Source: Candidatus Methylacidiphilales bacterium (GTDB taxonomy: Bacteria > Pseudomonadota > Gammaproteobacteria > JASGCS01). From it: DNA of 64,000 nt. Positions 40,405 through 49,939 of this stretch are shown here, piece by piece. The notes beneath the pieces are model-generated. The model had not been told where the DNA came from. It searched no databases and saw only the letters and a list, made by a program, of their open reading frames with translations. Each line of letters begins with the position of its first letter. The stretch's first letter is position 1. A program made the translations under genes and the position numbers. Where the stretch lies: positions 81,076 to 145,075 of the forward strand of contig JASGCS010000004.1 in the NCBI GenBank assembly GCA_030054035.1. The letters run 5' to 3'.

Positions 40405-41813
40405 TAAACCCATCTGTTGATAAAATTTCCCAGACAAAGATTTTAGTCATTGGGGATGTTATGTTAGATGTGACTCATGTGGGGCATGTGCAGCGAATTT
40501 CTCCTGAAGCACCTGTTCCGGTATTAGAACTTCATCAGGTTAAAAAATATCTTGGTGGAGCGGGAAATGTTGCAAAAAATTTGGCTTCACTTGGTGCCTC
40601 CGTTACTCTGATTGGAAGTGTTGGACGCGATCAACCGGGTAAAAATATAATTTCATTGTGCGCGCAAAGTTCAATACAATTCATTCCAATCTTTCACCAT
40701 GGACCAACAACTGTTAAAGAACGATTTACCACAACTCAACAATTACTTCGTGTAGATAGAGAGGAGAAAATTTCAGTTCAAGAACACCAGTTGGTTTCTG
40801 CGATACAATCTACTATTGCAAAAGTTGACGCTGTTATTATTTCTGATTACGGAAAAGGCGTTTGTGATAATCTTAAGGCTGTTATTGCCTTGGCCAGAAA
40901 AAAAAGCATCCCCATTTTTGCTGATCCTAAAGGCAATTCATTTAAGAAATACTATGGAGCTAGTTATTTAACTCCTAATCTTAAAGAATTTGAAACTGTT
41001 TATGGTCCAAGTAGCAACGAACAAGGCTTGCTTACAAAAGCAAAAAAAACAGTGCTTCAATTATCAATACAAGGCGTAGTAATTACGCGAAGTGAAAAAG
41101 GTGTTACCGTATGTACAAAAAATAACAATTTTTCTATCCCAGCAAACGCAAAAGAAGTGTTTGATGTTTCTGGCGCAGGGGATACTTTTATTGCGTTTTT
41201 TGCACTCTGCCTTACCATAGGCTATCCACTTTCTGACTCCATCGCTATAGCAAACTCGGCTGCAGGTATGGTGGTAGGTAAGCGGGGGGTAGTTTCTCTC
41301 AGCATGGCAGAGGCACTTCCTTTGTTTTTTACCGGTCAATCAAACAAAACCATTACCCTTGAACAGGCCCGAATGCTTGCAAAATGCTTTAAGCAGCTAG
41401 GTAAAAAAATTGGATTTACCAATGGTTGTTTTGATTTATTACATAGTGGGCATGTCTTCTCATTGCAATATGCTAAAAAACATTCAGATGTGTTATTTGT
41501 TGGTATTAATGACGATGGTTCTATTCGCATGAATAAAGGCCCCACAAGACCGATTTTGACATTGCAAGATAGAATCCCAGTCATTGCTTCGCTTTCAGTT
41601 GTTGATTTTGTTATTCCATTTTCTGATCGAACCCCACTGAAGATAATAAATGCAATTAAACCAGATATATTGTTTAAGGGATCGGATTACACCGAAGCAA
41701 ATGTGGTTGGTGCATCACAAGTTCGTCGTTGGGGCGGCCAAGTTTCTATAGTTCCTTTGCAAAAAGGTAAATCTACTAGTGAGATAGTGAAAAAAATTAT
41801 TTCAATTCATTAA
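40368..41813 (+). CDS. hldE: Bifunctional D-beta-D-heptose 7-phosphate kinase / D-beta-D-heptose 1-phosphate adenylyltransferase
   Basis: N-terminal ribokinase-like domain (GGAGNVA, DVSGAGDTF) and a C-terminal cytidylyltransferase domain with FTNGCFDLLHSGHV. Confidence 0.9.
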   Translation: MSCDCTMASSKVINPSVDKISQTKILVIGDVMLDVTHVGHVQRISPEAPVPVLELHQVKKYLGGAGNVAKNLASLGASVTLIGSVGRDQPGKNIISLCAQSSIQFIPIFHHGPTTVKERFTTTQQLLRVDREEKISVQEHQLVSAIQSTIAKVDAVIISDYGKGVCDNLKAVIALARKKSIPIFADPKGNSFKKYYGASYLTPNLKEFETVYGPSSNEQGLLTKAKKTVLQLSIQGVVITRSEKGVTVCTKNNNFSIPANAKEVFDVSGAGDTFIAFFALCLTIGYPLSDSIAIANSAAGMVVGKRGVVSLSMAEALPLFFTGQSNKTITLEQARMLAKCFKQLGKKIGFTNGCFDLLHSGHVFSLQYAKKHSDVLFVGINDDGSIRMNKGPTRPILTLQDRIPVIASLSVVDFVIPFSDRTPLKIINAIKPDILFKGSDYTEANVVGASQVRRWGGQVSIVPLQKGKSTSEIVKKIISIH

Positions 41814-41816
41814 TAC

Positions 41817-44120
41817 ATGAATAATGCTTTTCCAGTCGTTCCTTTTCGTGATAAAAACTACCTGATATCTTTTGCACTACTCTGTCTAAGTGCTTTTATT
41901 ATCTCAGCTTCTGCGTTGTATCTATATAAGGTATATCTTCTTAACACTACCCTGGCACAGGAGCTACTCCAGAGTGAGATCAAAATTACAACCAGCTACC
42001 CGAATACCCAAACCATTCAAATTAAAAATAAGGCTACTTCCCTTGGTCTTTTTGCCTGCGATCAGGTAACGCTTCCTGGTAATATATTTTTAGGTACAAC
42101 CTCTAGTGTGGCAGAGATCCAAGCAATTGATGATTGCGCTTTGCTGGCTGGCTGGTTTTTAATACTTGACCAACATGGTAAGCGTAGAGTAACGGCATCT
42201 CAGAAATTACAACTTAATCGACATGAAATTTTTGTTGGGCGTGATAGTAATGTATCGTTAGGAAGCAGTGTAACGATCGCTAATGCCAGTTTCACGGTTG
42301 CTGGAATTATTCTCGAGCGAAGTGATAGTGCGGTTAACACCTTGTCTATTGTGCCTCAAGTGGTTATGAGATTAGATGACGCAACTGAATTAAATATGTT
42401 ACGTGCGCAAAACCGAGCTAGTTACGCTACGTTATACAGTGGAAGTGTACTTTCCATGCAGTCGTTTCGATCCTATCTCAGTGAAGCCCTGCAAAAAGGT
42501 GGTTTTAGGGTGCTGGATTCCACTAAACCCGACACGCTTCCTTTGCGCGCAACTAAAGCGGTATATCAGGTCGTAGCAATTTACGCCATATTTTTTGCCA
42601 TTTTGTCAATACTATTATTTGTTCAATCCAGTCAGTCTCTTATTCAACATGAAAATAATTTGCGCACACTACTATTTCACCATGGTGTCTCAGCTCGTAA
42701 GTACTGGAAGTATGTCGTAACCTTGTTGCTATTGCAATGGTGTGCAATTTTTATTTGTGTTGTCCCTTGTATTGCTATTCTTTATCTGATCATTCCTTAC
42801 TATCTGCCGTCGGTGGCACAAGCGTTGTTGATTATTGGGGTAGTGCTTAGCGTTCAAATGTTAATTAGTGTATTGATTAGAGTACATTTCACAAACGCGA
42901 TAGATCGTATTATATTTCTTGGTGCGGTGATTTTACTTGGTTTTCCAAGTTACAGTGTTTTTATTTTTTCAAAGACTGTCTTCACATCTTCATCAATAAT
43001 AAAAATGGTTGGAATAGGTGGGCTATCAATTCTTGCAATATTCGCAGTATTTTCGTTTAGTTTATTTTTAATTCGCAAAATTACTAGGTTACCCGCTTGG
43101 GGATATATTGCGATTACCATGAATAAACACTCACTACAACCGTTTGTAACTTTTCTAGGAATTTCTATCGTACTTGTTCTTGTTTCTTACACGCAATTAC
43201 TTTCAAAAGCAGTTACCAATAAGTCCAATCAATTATCACAGAGCAGTATTCCAAATATGTTTGCGCTAGGTCTTTCGCAGCCAGTGATTCAATCATTAAC
43301 CGAAAACAGTGAGAGGTTGGGAATTAAATCGCTAATCGCTAAACCTTTATATCGGGCAAATAGAACGAACATAAATAATCAAGAAGAAGATGATAATCGT
43401 GAGATAAATATAACTACCGATGCCACGGTTGCCAGTATTTCGCTTGAGAAAAACTATGCTAAAAGACAAGCAATAACATTGGGAGATGAGTTTACGTTTT
43501 CTTTATATGGTATAGAGATTTCTGGAGTGGTGAGTGAATTAAGAGAAGTGAGATGGGAATCATTTGAGCCAAATTTTTTTATTTCTGTTAACCCATCTTT
43601 AGTTGTTGATTTTCCACATAGCTATATCGCATCTTGGTATTTACCTCAATCTACTTTTCAAAACACTATTTCACTGCTAAAACAATACCCATTCGTAACG
43701 GTATTTGATTTGCGATCAATCATTGCCCAAGCTGTTTTTCGTTTAGAATTTATCAAACATATGATCTGGTTGTTAACTGGTGCGGTCTATGTGTTGGTAT
43801 TGCTATCATTGCTTTCGCAAGTATTCCAAACTCAATTTATAAGATTACAAGTCGTACAAAATTGCTATGATCATGGGGTGTCAATTGCGTATCAAAAAAA
43901 ACAGTACCTCTATGAGCAAATATTTTATTTTGTGATTCTATGCCTCCCATCACTAACAGGAAGTCTCTATTTATTTAGAAACACTGAAGATCTCTTGGAG
44001 CTCTATCCGCGAATGAATTTAATCTCAAGTATCAGTACTGGTATTTCAAGTTCTCTGTTGATACTTTTGTTAATAATTGTGATTAGTTTTATTGCCCTGT
44101 ATCCAAAAATAAAGCGTTAA
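41817..44120 (+). CDS. Two-domain FtsX-like ABC transporter permease (YbbP-like), no adjacent ATPase
   Basis: 767 aa arranged as TM / large periplasmic domain / 3 TM, twice. No Walker motifs. Its stop shares TTAA with the convergent downstream gene. Confidence 0.5.
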   Translation: MNNAFPVVPFRDKNYLISFALLCLSAFIISASALYLYKVYLLNTTLAQELLQSEIKITTSYPNTQTIQIKNKATSLGLFACDQVTLPGNIFLGTTSSVAEIQAIDDCALLAGWFLILDQHGKRRVTASQKLQLNRHEIFVGRDSNVSLGSSVTIANASFTVAGIILERSDSAVNTLSIVPQVVMRLDDATELNMLRAQNRASYATLYSGSVLSMQSFRSYLSEALQKGGFRVLDSTKPDTLPLRATKAVYQVVAIYAIFFAILSILLFVQSSQSLIQHENNLRTLLFHHGVSARKYWKYVVTLLLLQWCAIFICVVPCIAILYLIIPYYLPSVAQALLIIGVVLSVQMLISVLIRVHFTNAIDRIIFLGAVILLGFPSYSVFIFSKTVFTSSSIIKMVGIGGLSILAIFAVFSFSLFLIRKITRLPAWGYIAITMNKHSLQPFVTFLGISIVLVLVSYTQLLSKAVTNKSNQLSQSSIPNMFALGLSQPVIQSLTENSERLGIKSLIAKPLYRANRTNINNQEEDDNREINITTDATVASISLEKNYAKRQAITLGDEFTFSLYGIEISGVVSELREVRWESFEPNFFISVNPSLVVDFPHSYIASWYLPQSTFQNTISLLKQYPFVTVFDLRSIIAQAVFRLEFIKHMIWLLTGAVYVLVLLSLLSQVFQTQFIRLQVVQNCYDHGVSIAYQKKQYLYEQIFYFVILCLPSLTGSLYLFRNTEDLLELYPRMNLISSISTGISSSLLILLLIIVISFIALYPKIKR

Positions 44121-45178
44121 AGAGTTTTAACAATCTTACAAAATAATTCAAATCGTTCTTTGCTCAATGTCAAAGCTTGCTTTTTCCAAATTGAAGTATT
44201 AGGGTAAAAAGCGTTTTTTAGTTTATTTTTAGCATGGAGAAATTGTTTTTTTGAGCAAGACCCAAACCAAGCCGCATGTTCAATGCGTAAAGCTTCTAAC
44301 ATCTCTTCAACTGAAACCGTACCACATTCTAATGCTAGGGTAATGCATGACATTGATCGTTTTAAGGCACAGTATGAATCAACCGCGCTATTAGTTTCAT
44401 TGGTGACTCGTTGTCCAGTAGCAAGATTTTTATCATCTAAATTAGCAATTGGGCCAAAAAGTTTAATCATGAGTTTTTGTTTTTTACTTCCCGGCTCATA
44501 GGTAGACAATATATCAGGGTATCCAGATGGGCCAAGTCCAGTATGTAAATCACAATACAGTAAAGATGTTACACCTTCTAATGTGCTAGTAAGTATATTT
44601 TCAAAACATAATCTCGACCAACTATGCCCATATCCAGCAAATTGCAATCCTTCGGGATGGGTAGTTTGACCTCCAAATAAAGCTACTTTGAGCTGGTCAA
44701 TGGAGTAGCGTTTTTCTAATTTATTTTTTACTTTAGCTGCACGATCTAACTCTGCTCGGGTAAGATTTTTGAGACACATCCATGGGTGTACTTTTGCATA
44801 AGGCTTATTAAATGTCAGTGGAGGTGTATCCCAAAAATTTCTATTAATATCTATGTTATTTTCATTGTACCTTCGTATATGCGAAAAACCCCAAGGATTG
44901 ATGGCATGAACATGAATGAATCTTATTGTTTGATTTTTGAAATGTGGATCTTGCATGAGCATAGATTGCACCGCGCTGCCATAAAATCCTTCCACTCCGT
45001 GCGTGGCACTTACCGTCATGATTGCACAAGGTCCTTTTCCCAATATTGCAACATCAGTTGCAAGCGTTTCGTTTTCTGCGCCACGCAAAGGATGAGGATA
45101 GGTTGTGATTTCTGCGTTATGTTTTTTGGCAAGTGATAAAAATTTATTCCTCGCTTGTAAATAGGTATGAGAAAACAT
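44117..45178 (-). CDS. Cytoplasmic M14-like zinc hydrolase / AstE-AspA superfamily protein (DUF2817-like)
   Basis: 353 aa, no signal peptide, with an HGVEGF (HxxE zinc-ligand-like) motif near residue 60 and a conserved DLHTGLGPSGYP block. Last gene of the lpxL-lpxL operon. Confidence 0.45.
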   Translation of the reverse strand: MFSHTYLQARNKFLSLAKKHNAEITTYPHPLRGAENETLATDVAILGKGPCAIMTVSATHGVEGFYGSAVQSMLMQDPHFKNQTIRFIHVHAINPWGFSHIRRYNENNIDINRNFWDTPPLTFNKPYAKVHPWMCLKNLTRAELDRAAKVKNKLEKRYSIDQLKVALFGGQTTHPEGLQFAGYGHSWSRLCFENILTSTLEGVTSLLYCDLHTGLGPSGYPDILSTYEPGSKKQKLMIKLFGPIANLDDKNLATGQRVTNETNSAVDSYCALKRSMSCITLALECGTVSVEEMLEALRIEHAAWFGSCSKKQFLHAKNKLKNAFYPNTSIWKKQALTLSKERFELFCKIVKTL

Positions 45179-45181
45179 AAA

Positions 45182-46039
45182 CTATTTTACAATCCGATAT
45201 GACCAAAGATACTGATCGGGGTAAGCATTAACTTGCATCTCTAAAAATGTATTTAATCTATTTGCTTCGTCAAGTAGATTATGTGAGATAGTATCTCCAG
45301 TCCCATACCAATGAAAAGAAACTTCGTGTTTTCGCATACATTGATTGTTTCTACCGCATAGCATAATTAGTACCGTGGATTTGGTAAAAGTAGCTAATCG
45401 CGAGACGATGGTTAAAGTAGGTATCGAAATATTAAAAAAAGAAGCGGAAACTATTCCATGTTTGGTGTGTTTACCTTGATCTGGTGCTATCCAGCAGATT
45501 TGATTTTGTTTTAATAGTGAAATTATCGTTTTAAGTTGGTGAGACTGAATTGCACCTAGTGCATATCCTTTTCTATAGGAATATTGAGCGTCTGCGATAG
45601 TTCGGTTGTTGTTAATTTGATATGTGCAGTAGCTTGGATACAGTGAGTTCAGTATATAAAAACCAATCTCTAAATTTGCGGTATGAAACGCAACTACGAT
45701 TGTACCTTTACCTCTTTCCACACTTTTCTTAAGCAACTCAGTTCCGGTCAGCGAAGCGTTGTTTGCGGTTTCCTTTCTTTTTTTCCAAGCATCCATACAT
45801 TCTGGTATGGTGTACAGCGAATGTAGTACATTATTACAAAGTAATTCTCTTTGTTGTATTGATGACTTATTTGAGAAAAATATAGATATATTCTTTTGAA
45901 TCTGCGAAATAAATTTGATTGGTCTAATGGTATGTAGGCTAATCAATAAAGTTCTAATAATTCTAAGTATGGGTAATAAAAAAAAGTCTGGTAATGTTCT
46001 TACTAGACTTGCAAAGATTATTAGAAAAGATATATTCAT
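45182..46039 (-). CDS. Lipid A biosynthesis late (secondary) acyltransferase, LpxL/LpxM family, copy 2
   Basis: 285 aa with an N-terminal TM and a C-terminal NAYPDQYLWSYRIVK-type ending typical of LpxL/HtrB. Confidence 0.7.
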   Translation of the reverse strand: MNISFLIIFASLVRTLPDFFLLPILRIIRTLLISLHTIRPIKFISQIQKNISIFFSNKSSIQQRELLCNNVLHSLYTIPECMDAWKKRKETANNASLTGTELLKKSVERGKGTIVVAFHTANLEIGFYILNSLYPSYCTYQINNNRTIADAQYSYRKGYALGAIQSHQLKTIISLLKQNQICWIAPDQGKHTKHGIVSASFFNISIPTLTIVSRLATFTKSTVLIMLCGRNNQCMRKHEVSFHWYGTGDTISHNLLDEANRLNTFLEMQVNAYPDQYLWSYRIVK

Positions 46040-46887
46040 GGATTGTAGTAGCGTGCGCTGTTTTTAAATCTGCGATGGATCCATAAATATTGATTTGGGG
46101 CGTAGGCGATATTTTTTTCAACATACTGAATTGATTGATGGATCTGATCATCAATGGTTGCAGACGAAAAGTCTATGGTAATTGGAGGCTGAACCATAAT
46201 ATGTATACGATCGCTTAAACCTAACCTGACACCTAGTACAGGTAGCATGACAGCCCCAGTAAGCTTTTGTAATCGTAAGTGGGTATCCCATTGAGCAATT
46301 GGAATGTTCATAAAAGGGTAATTATTGGCAGATTTTCTTTCTCGAATACCATGATCAGGGTTAAAAATTAAAATTTTATTTTTGCGAAGTAGTGAAACGC
46401 ATCTGTGCATATTTTGAACTGCAATTATTTCTTTATAGTATTTTTTTCTAAAATACACGATAATTGAATTCATCAACTTGCTATGCGCAGGTTTATAGGT
46501 GACATAAAGAGGGTAGGGTACGAAGTGTGATAACCCTGCTCCAATATGCTCTATGTGCGCCATATGTGGGATGAGAATGAGTATTGGTTTATTCATTGCA
46601 ACCGTACTGTGTAAGTGATCTAATCCAGTAATGGTAAAATTATTCTTAAAATGATTTTCTGAAGCGCTCCATATTGTAAAAATAGATAGGGTGCTAAATA
46701 TATTGGAACGCAAAGTCTGCCGGATGAGTCTCTTTTTCTGTTTAATGGTAATCTCAGGAAAAGCCAATGAGATATTTATGAGAAGGATTTGGTATCGGCT
46801 AATAAAAACGATGGGAAAGATAAATATAAAAATGTTGGTAATCCACTTTCTTACCATGCATGAAATTATATCAATTATATTGTTCAT
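46036..46887 (-). CDS. Lipid A biosynthesis late (secondary) acyltransferase, LpxL/LpxM family, copy 1
   Basis: 283 aa with an N-terminal TM, an HMAHIEHIG motif, and a C-terminal YAPNQYLWIHRRFK. Paralogous to the gene immediately downstream. Confidence 0.7.
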   Translation of the reverse strand: MNNIIDIISCMVRKWITNIFIFIFPIVFISRYQILLINISLAFPEITIKQKKRLIRQTLRSNIFSTLSIFTIWSASENHFKNNFTITGLDHLHSTVAMNKPILILIPHMAHIEHIGAGLSHFVPYPLYVTYKPAHSKLMNSIIVYFRKKYYKEIIAVQNMHRCVSLLRKNKILIFNPDHGIRERKSANNYPFMNIPIAQWDTHLRLQKLTGAVMLPVLGVRLGLSDRIHIMVQPPITIDFSSATIDDQIHQSIQYVEKNIAYAPNQYLWIHRRFKNSARYYNP

Positions 46888-46910
46888 ATGTGTTGTATTA
46901 TATTCTAGTT

Positions 46911-48254
46911 ATGAAATTGGCAATATTTGGTAGTGGATATGTTGGATTGGTCTCCGCAGTGTGTTTTAGCGAAGTAGGTCATAGTGTCTTTTTGATAGAT
47001 ATTGACAGTAAAAAGATCGCTTCAATTACTAAGGGCACGGTACCTTTTTATGAGCCACGATTAGATGAATTGCTATTAAAAAATATTAAAAAACAAAGTT
47101 TGCAAGCCACTACAGATCCTTCATGTATCACGCAGTGTGATATTATTTTCATTGCAGTAGGCACGCCAAAAAAATCAATTGATGGATCTACCGATCTCAG
47201 TGAGGTGCTGTCCGTGTATAATTCAATCGCACCACACATACATTCTGAAACTATTATCGTGCATAAATCTACGGTGCCAGTAGGCACTGCGCATGCTATG
47301 AAGAAGCACCTTTTGAAGTTACTTGCAGAGCAGAAGCGAAGCATTAATTTTACAATAGTCTCAAACCCTGAGTTTTTAAAAGAAGGTAATGCGGTGAGTG
47401 ATTTTATGAGTCCTGACAGGATTATAATTGGAACGGATGATGAGCAGTCTGCAAAACGATTATCGGAAGTATATGAGCATTTTAATCATAGAACTCCTCG
47501 GGTACTCTATATGGATGTGGTATCGGCAGAATGTACTAAATACGCATCAAATGCATTTTTAGCTACCAAAATAAGTTTTATGAACGAACTAGCCAGTCTT
47601 GCTGAGCAATGTGGAGCAAATATTGACTCTATTAGAAAAGGTCTCGGTTCTGATTCAAGAATAGGTCCGCATGCTCTGTATGCTGGTTGTGGTTATGGTG
47701 GCTCATGTTTTCCTAAGGATATAGATTCTTTGATTCAATATGCCGAACAGCTACATATCTCCTTAAGTATTCTTAAAGCAGTAAAAGCTGTAAACACAAA
47801 ACAACAGCAAATACTTCTAAAGAAAATAAAGAAAATATTTGGAGAGTCGTTGCAGAACCGGCATTTTTTAATATGGGGGCTTGCCTTCAAGCCAGAAACT
47901 GATGATGTTCGAGAAGCTTCAGCGGTTTATTTTATTCAAGGGGTAATTCAACATGGGGCAACTGTTACCGTGTATGATCCTGTGGCAACTGAAACTGCTA
48001 GAGAAAAACTTATTGAATTAGATGTCCCTATCAATTCAATACATTTTTCTAACCACGCCTATCCATCAGGTCCTTTTGATGCATTGGTCATTGCTACTGA
48101 GTGGAAAGAGTTTTTAGTACCCAAGTGGGATCTGCTCCGAACCATGATTCCTAGTCGGACATTACTTGACGGTAGAAATATGTATAAACCAGAACTTGTT
48201 AATCAAGAATTATTTAAATACTACAGTATTGGTAGGCCTCAGCCTCAGCCCTAG
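46911..48254 (+). CDS. ugd: UDP-glucose 6-dehydrogenase
   Basis: Start MKLAIFGSGYVGLVSAVCF at 46911; the track ORF carries a spurious 17-aa extension. Catalytic GGSCFPKD cysteine motif. Confidence 0.85.
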   Translation: MKLAIFGSGYVGLVSAVCFSEVGHSVFLIDIDSKKIASITKGTVPFYEPRLDELLLKNIKKQSLQATTDPSCITQCDIIFIAVGTPKKSIDGSTDLSEVLSVYNSIAPHIHSETIIVHKSTVPVGTAHAMKKHLLKLLAEQKRSINFTIVSNPEFLKEGNAVSDFMSPDRIIIGTDDEQSAKRLSEVYEHFNHRTPRVLYMDVVSAECTKYASNAFLATKISFMNELASLAEQCGANIDSIRKGLGSDSRIGPHALYAGCGYGGSCFPKDIDSLIQYAEQLHISLSILKAVKAVNTKQQQILLKKIKKIFGESLQNRHFLIWGLAFKPETDDVREASAVYFIQGVIQHGATVTVYDPVATETAREKLIELDVPINSIHFSNHAYPSGPFDALVIATEWKEFLVPKWDLLRTMIPSRTLLDGRNMYKPELVNQELFKYYSIGRPQPQP

Positions 48255-49591
48255 TTAAAATAAATTGAATAGTTGCGCAAGGTTTGATAATTGAGCTTAC
48301 CCGCAATTGCGTGCAATGATAAAAGATTATAAATATATGTATATCGAACAAGCGCCAGATCTCTTTTAGCATTTTCGCTGTTTGCAATAGCTTGGACTAA
48401 GTCGCTCGTAGACTGAATACCGACTGAAAAACCAGCTCGTATCGCCTCTTCGGCAACTTTAAATGATTTGTAGGATTGTTCCAGTGCCTTTACTTGTCTG
48501 ATAGTGCTTATGAGGCCTTGGTAAATGTTTTTAGTTTGAAGTTCAATCTGTATGGTGGTTGATCGCGCTTGCTCTGAAGCAATCTCTCTTTGGAGAACTG
48601 ATTCTTGTATTTGACCTAACAGTGGGGCATTGTAGAGCGGTATGGTGAGTGTTAAATCTACAGAATAGTTAGTATTTTTTTTATTTGGATTAACAAAACT
48701 TGCAAATGGTGAGGTGTATTCATTGAATTTTGTAGTGTTTACTCCATAACGAACACTCAAATCTAACGCTGGGACATATTCGGCCTCAGTTCTACGCACA
48801 GCATATGCGGTAGAAACTTGGTAATTTATAGCACTCAAGAGATTGGGATTTTGGGCAAGCGCCAAATCAATCCACTCTTGTTGAGATATTGGCGGAGGGA
48901 TTTCTAACGGAATGCTGGGTGAGATGGATTTTAGCTTGGCGAATTTTTTCCCTGTAACACTCTCTAACGAGTCATACTGTTGTTGTAATTGTTGCCCTGC
49001 AGTAAGTAAGCCAACTTCGGCGTTATCGTATGCTGCTTTGATTTGCTGTAATACGGTGTTAGAAACAGCACCTACTTCAAATTGTTTCTCAGCAAGTGCG
49101 AGTTGGGTTTGTAATGATTGTTTTTGAGAAAGAGCAGATTCGTAGACATCTTGAGAGTAAGCGGTATCAAAGTATAGTTTGGAAATCCTTAATAGAAATT
49201 CTTGATACTGCGTAGTTTTTTTATGTTCAATAGTTTTTCGAAGGTACTCTGATTCTTCGCTGAATGCAACGATAGCTTGGTTATAGATTGGTTGTTTGAT
49301 GGTAAGTTCATAACTATTTTGAATATTTGATTCTTTAGTGTTTTGTGAAAATCCACCAATAGAATTTGAAAGATTGGTGGATTGTTTTCTGGTTCCAGTG
49401 ATGTTAATTGATGGATGGCTAAAACTCCACGAAGTGTCTATTTTTGCACTTTCTAAATTTGTTTGAAGGTTGCTAATTTTAAAGCTTGGATCGTTTAAGG
49501 TTGCGGAATCTATGATTTCAATAAAATTTTCTGCGTGGATGTTGCATAGTAGTAGTGAGCTCATTAAAAAGACTGATAATGTTTGTTTCAT
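48251..49591 (-). CDS. tolC: TolC-family outer membrane efflux protein
   Basis: Signal peptide, 446 aa, and two OEP repeat halves with coiled-coil segments. Confidence 0.75.
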   Translation of the reverse strand: MKQTLSVFLMSSLLLCNIHAENFIEIIDSATLNDPSFKISNLQTNLESAKIDTSWSFSHPSINITGTRKQSTNLSNSIGGFSQNTKESNIQNSYELTIKQPIYNQAIVAFSEESEYLRKTIEHKKTTQYQEFLLRISKLYFDTAYSQDVYESALSQKQSLQTQLALAEKQFEVGAVSNTVLQQIKAAYDNAEVGLLTAGQQLQQQYDSLESVTGKKFAKLKSISPSIPLEIPPPISQQEWIDLALAQNPNLLSAINYQVSTAYAVRRTEAEYVPALDLSVRYGVNTTKFNEYTSPFASFVNPNKKNTNYSVDLTLTIPLYNAPLLGQIQESVLQREIASEQARSTTIQIELQTKNIYQGLISTIRQVKALEQSYKSFKVAEEAIRAGFSVGIQSTSDLVQAIANSENAKRDLALVRYTYIYNLLSLHAIAGKLNYQTLRNYSIYFN

Positions 49592-49606
49592 ATTGTAAGA
49601 CCTGTT

Positions 49607-49939
49607 TTAATACTGCCCAATCGACGGATCAATTTTATTAGACCATTCATGAATTCCACCATCTAAACTAGAAACTTGCTGGAAACCGAGATCAAGGAGT
49701 ACTGCGACTGCTTGTTTACTTCTCATGCCATGGTGGCAATAGACGATAATTGGAATATCTTTGAGCATTGACGCTGATTTAGATTCTAATTCAGCCAGCG
49801 GTATATGAGTATCATTGGGAATACAACACTCTTCGCGCTCCCAAGCATGCCTCACATCAAGTAGCACTATCTGTTTGTTAGTTTGTAGTAATTTTTGTAA
49901 TTCAGTAACTGAAATAGTGTATGTGTTTTGTTTAGTCAT
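49607..49939 (-). CDS. Single-domain rhodanese (GlpE-like sulfurtransferase)
   Basis: 110 aa with an active-site loop CHHGMRS. Confidence 0.8.
   Translation of the reverse strand: MTKQNTYTISVTELQKLLQTNKQIVLLDVRHAWEREECCIPNDTHIPLAELESKSASMLKDIPIIVYCHHGMRSKQAVAVLLDLGFQQVSSLDGGIHEWSNKIDPSIGQY

Noticed and set aside
46860-46910. N-terminal 17-aa extension of the ugd ORF (MKLYQLYCSYVLYYILV) and a 22-aa extension of the pcm-like ORF (50605..50670).
   Set aside because: Both extensions are hydrophobic and low-complexity, lack RBSs, and would create divergent-gene overlaps. Internal ATGs give canonical N-termini (MKLAIFGSGYVG and MGISGNL).
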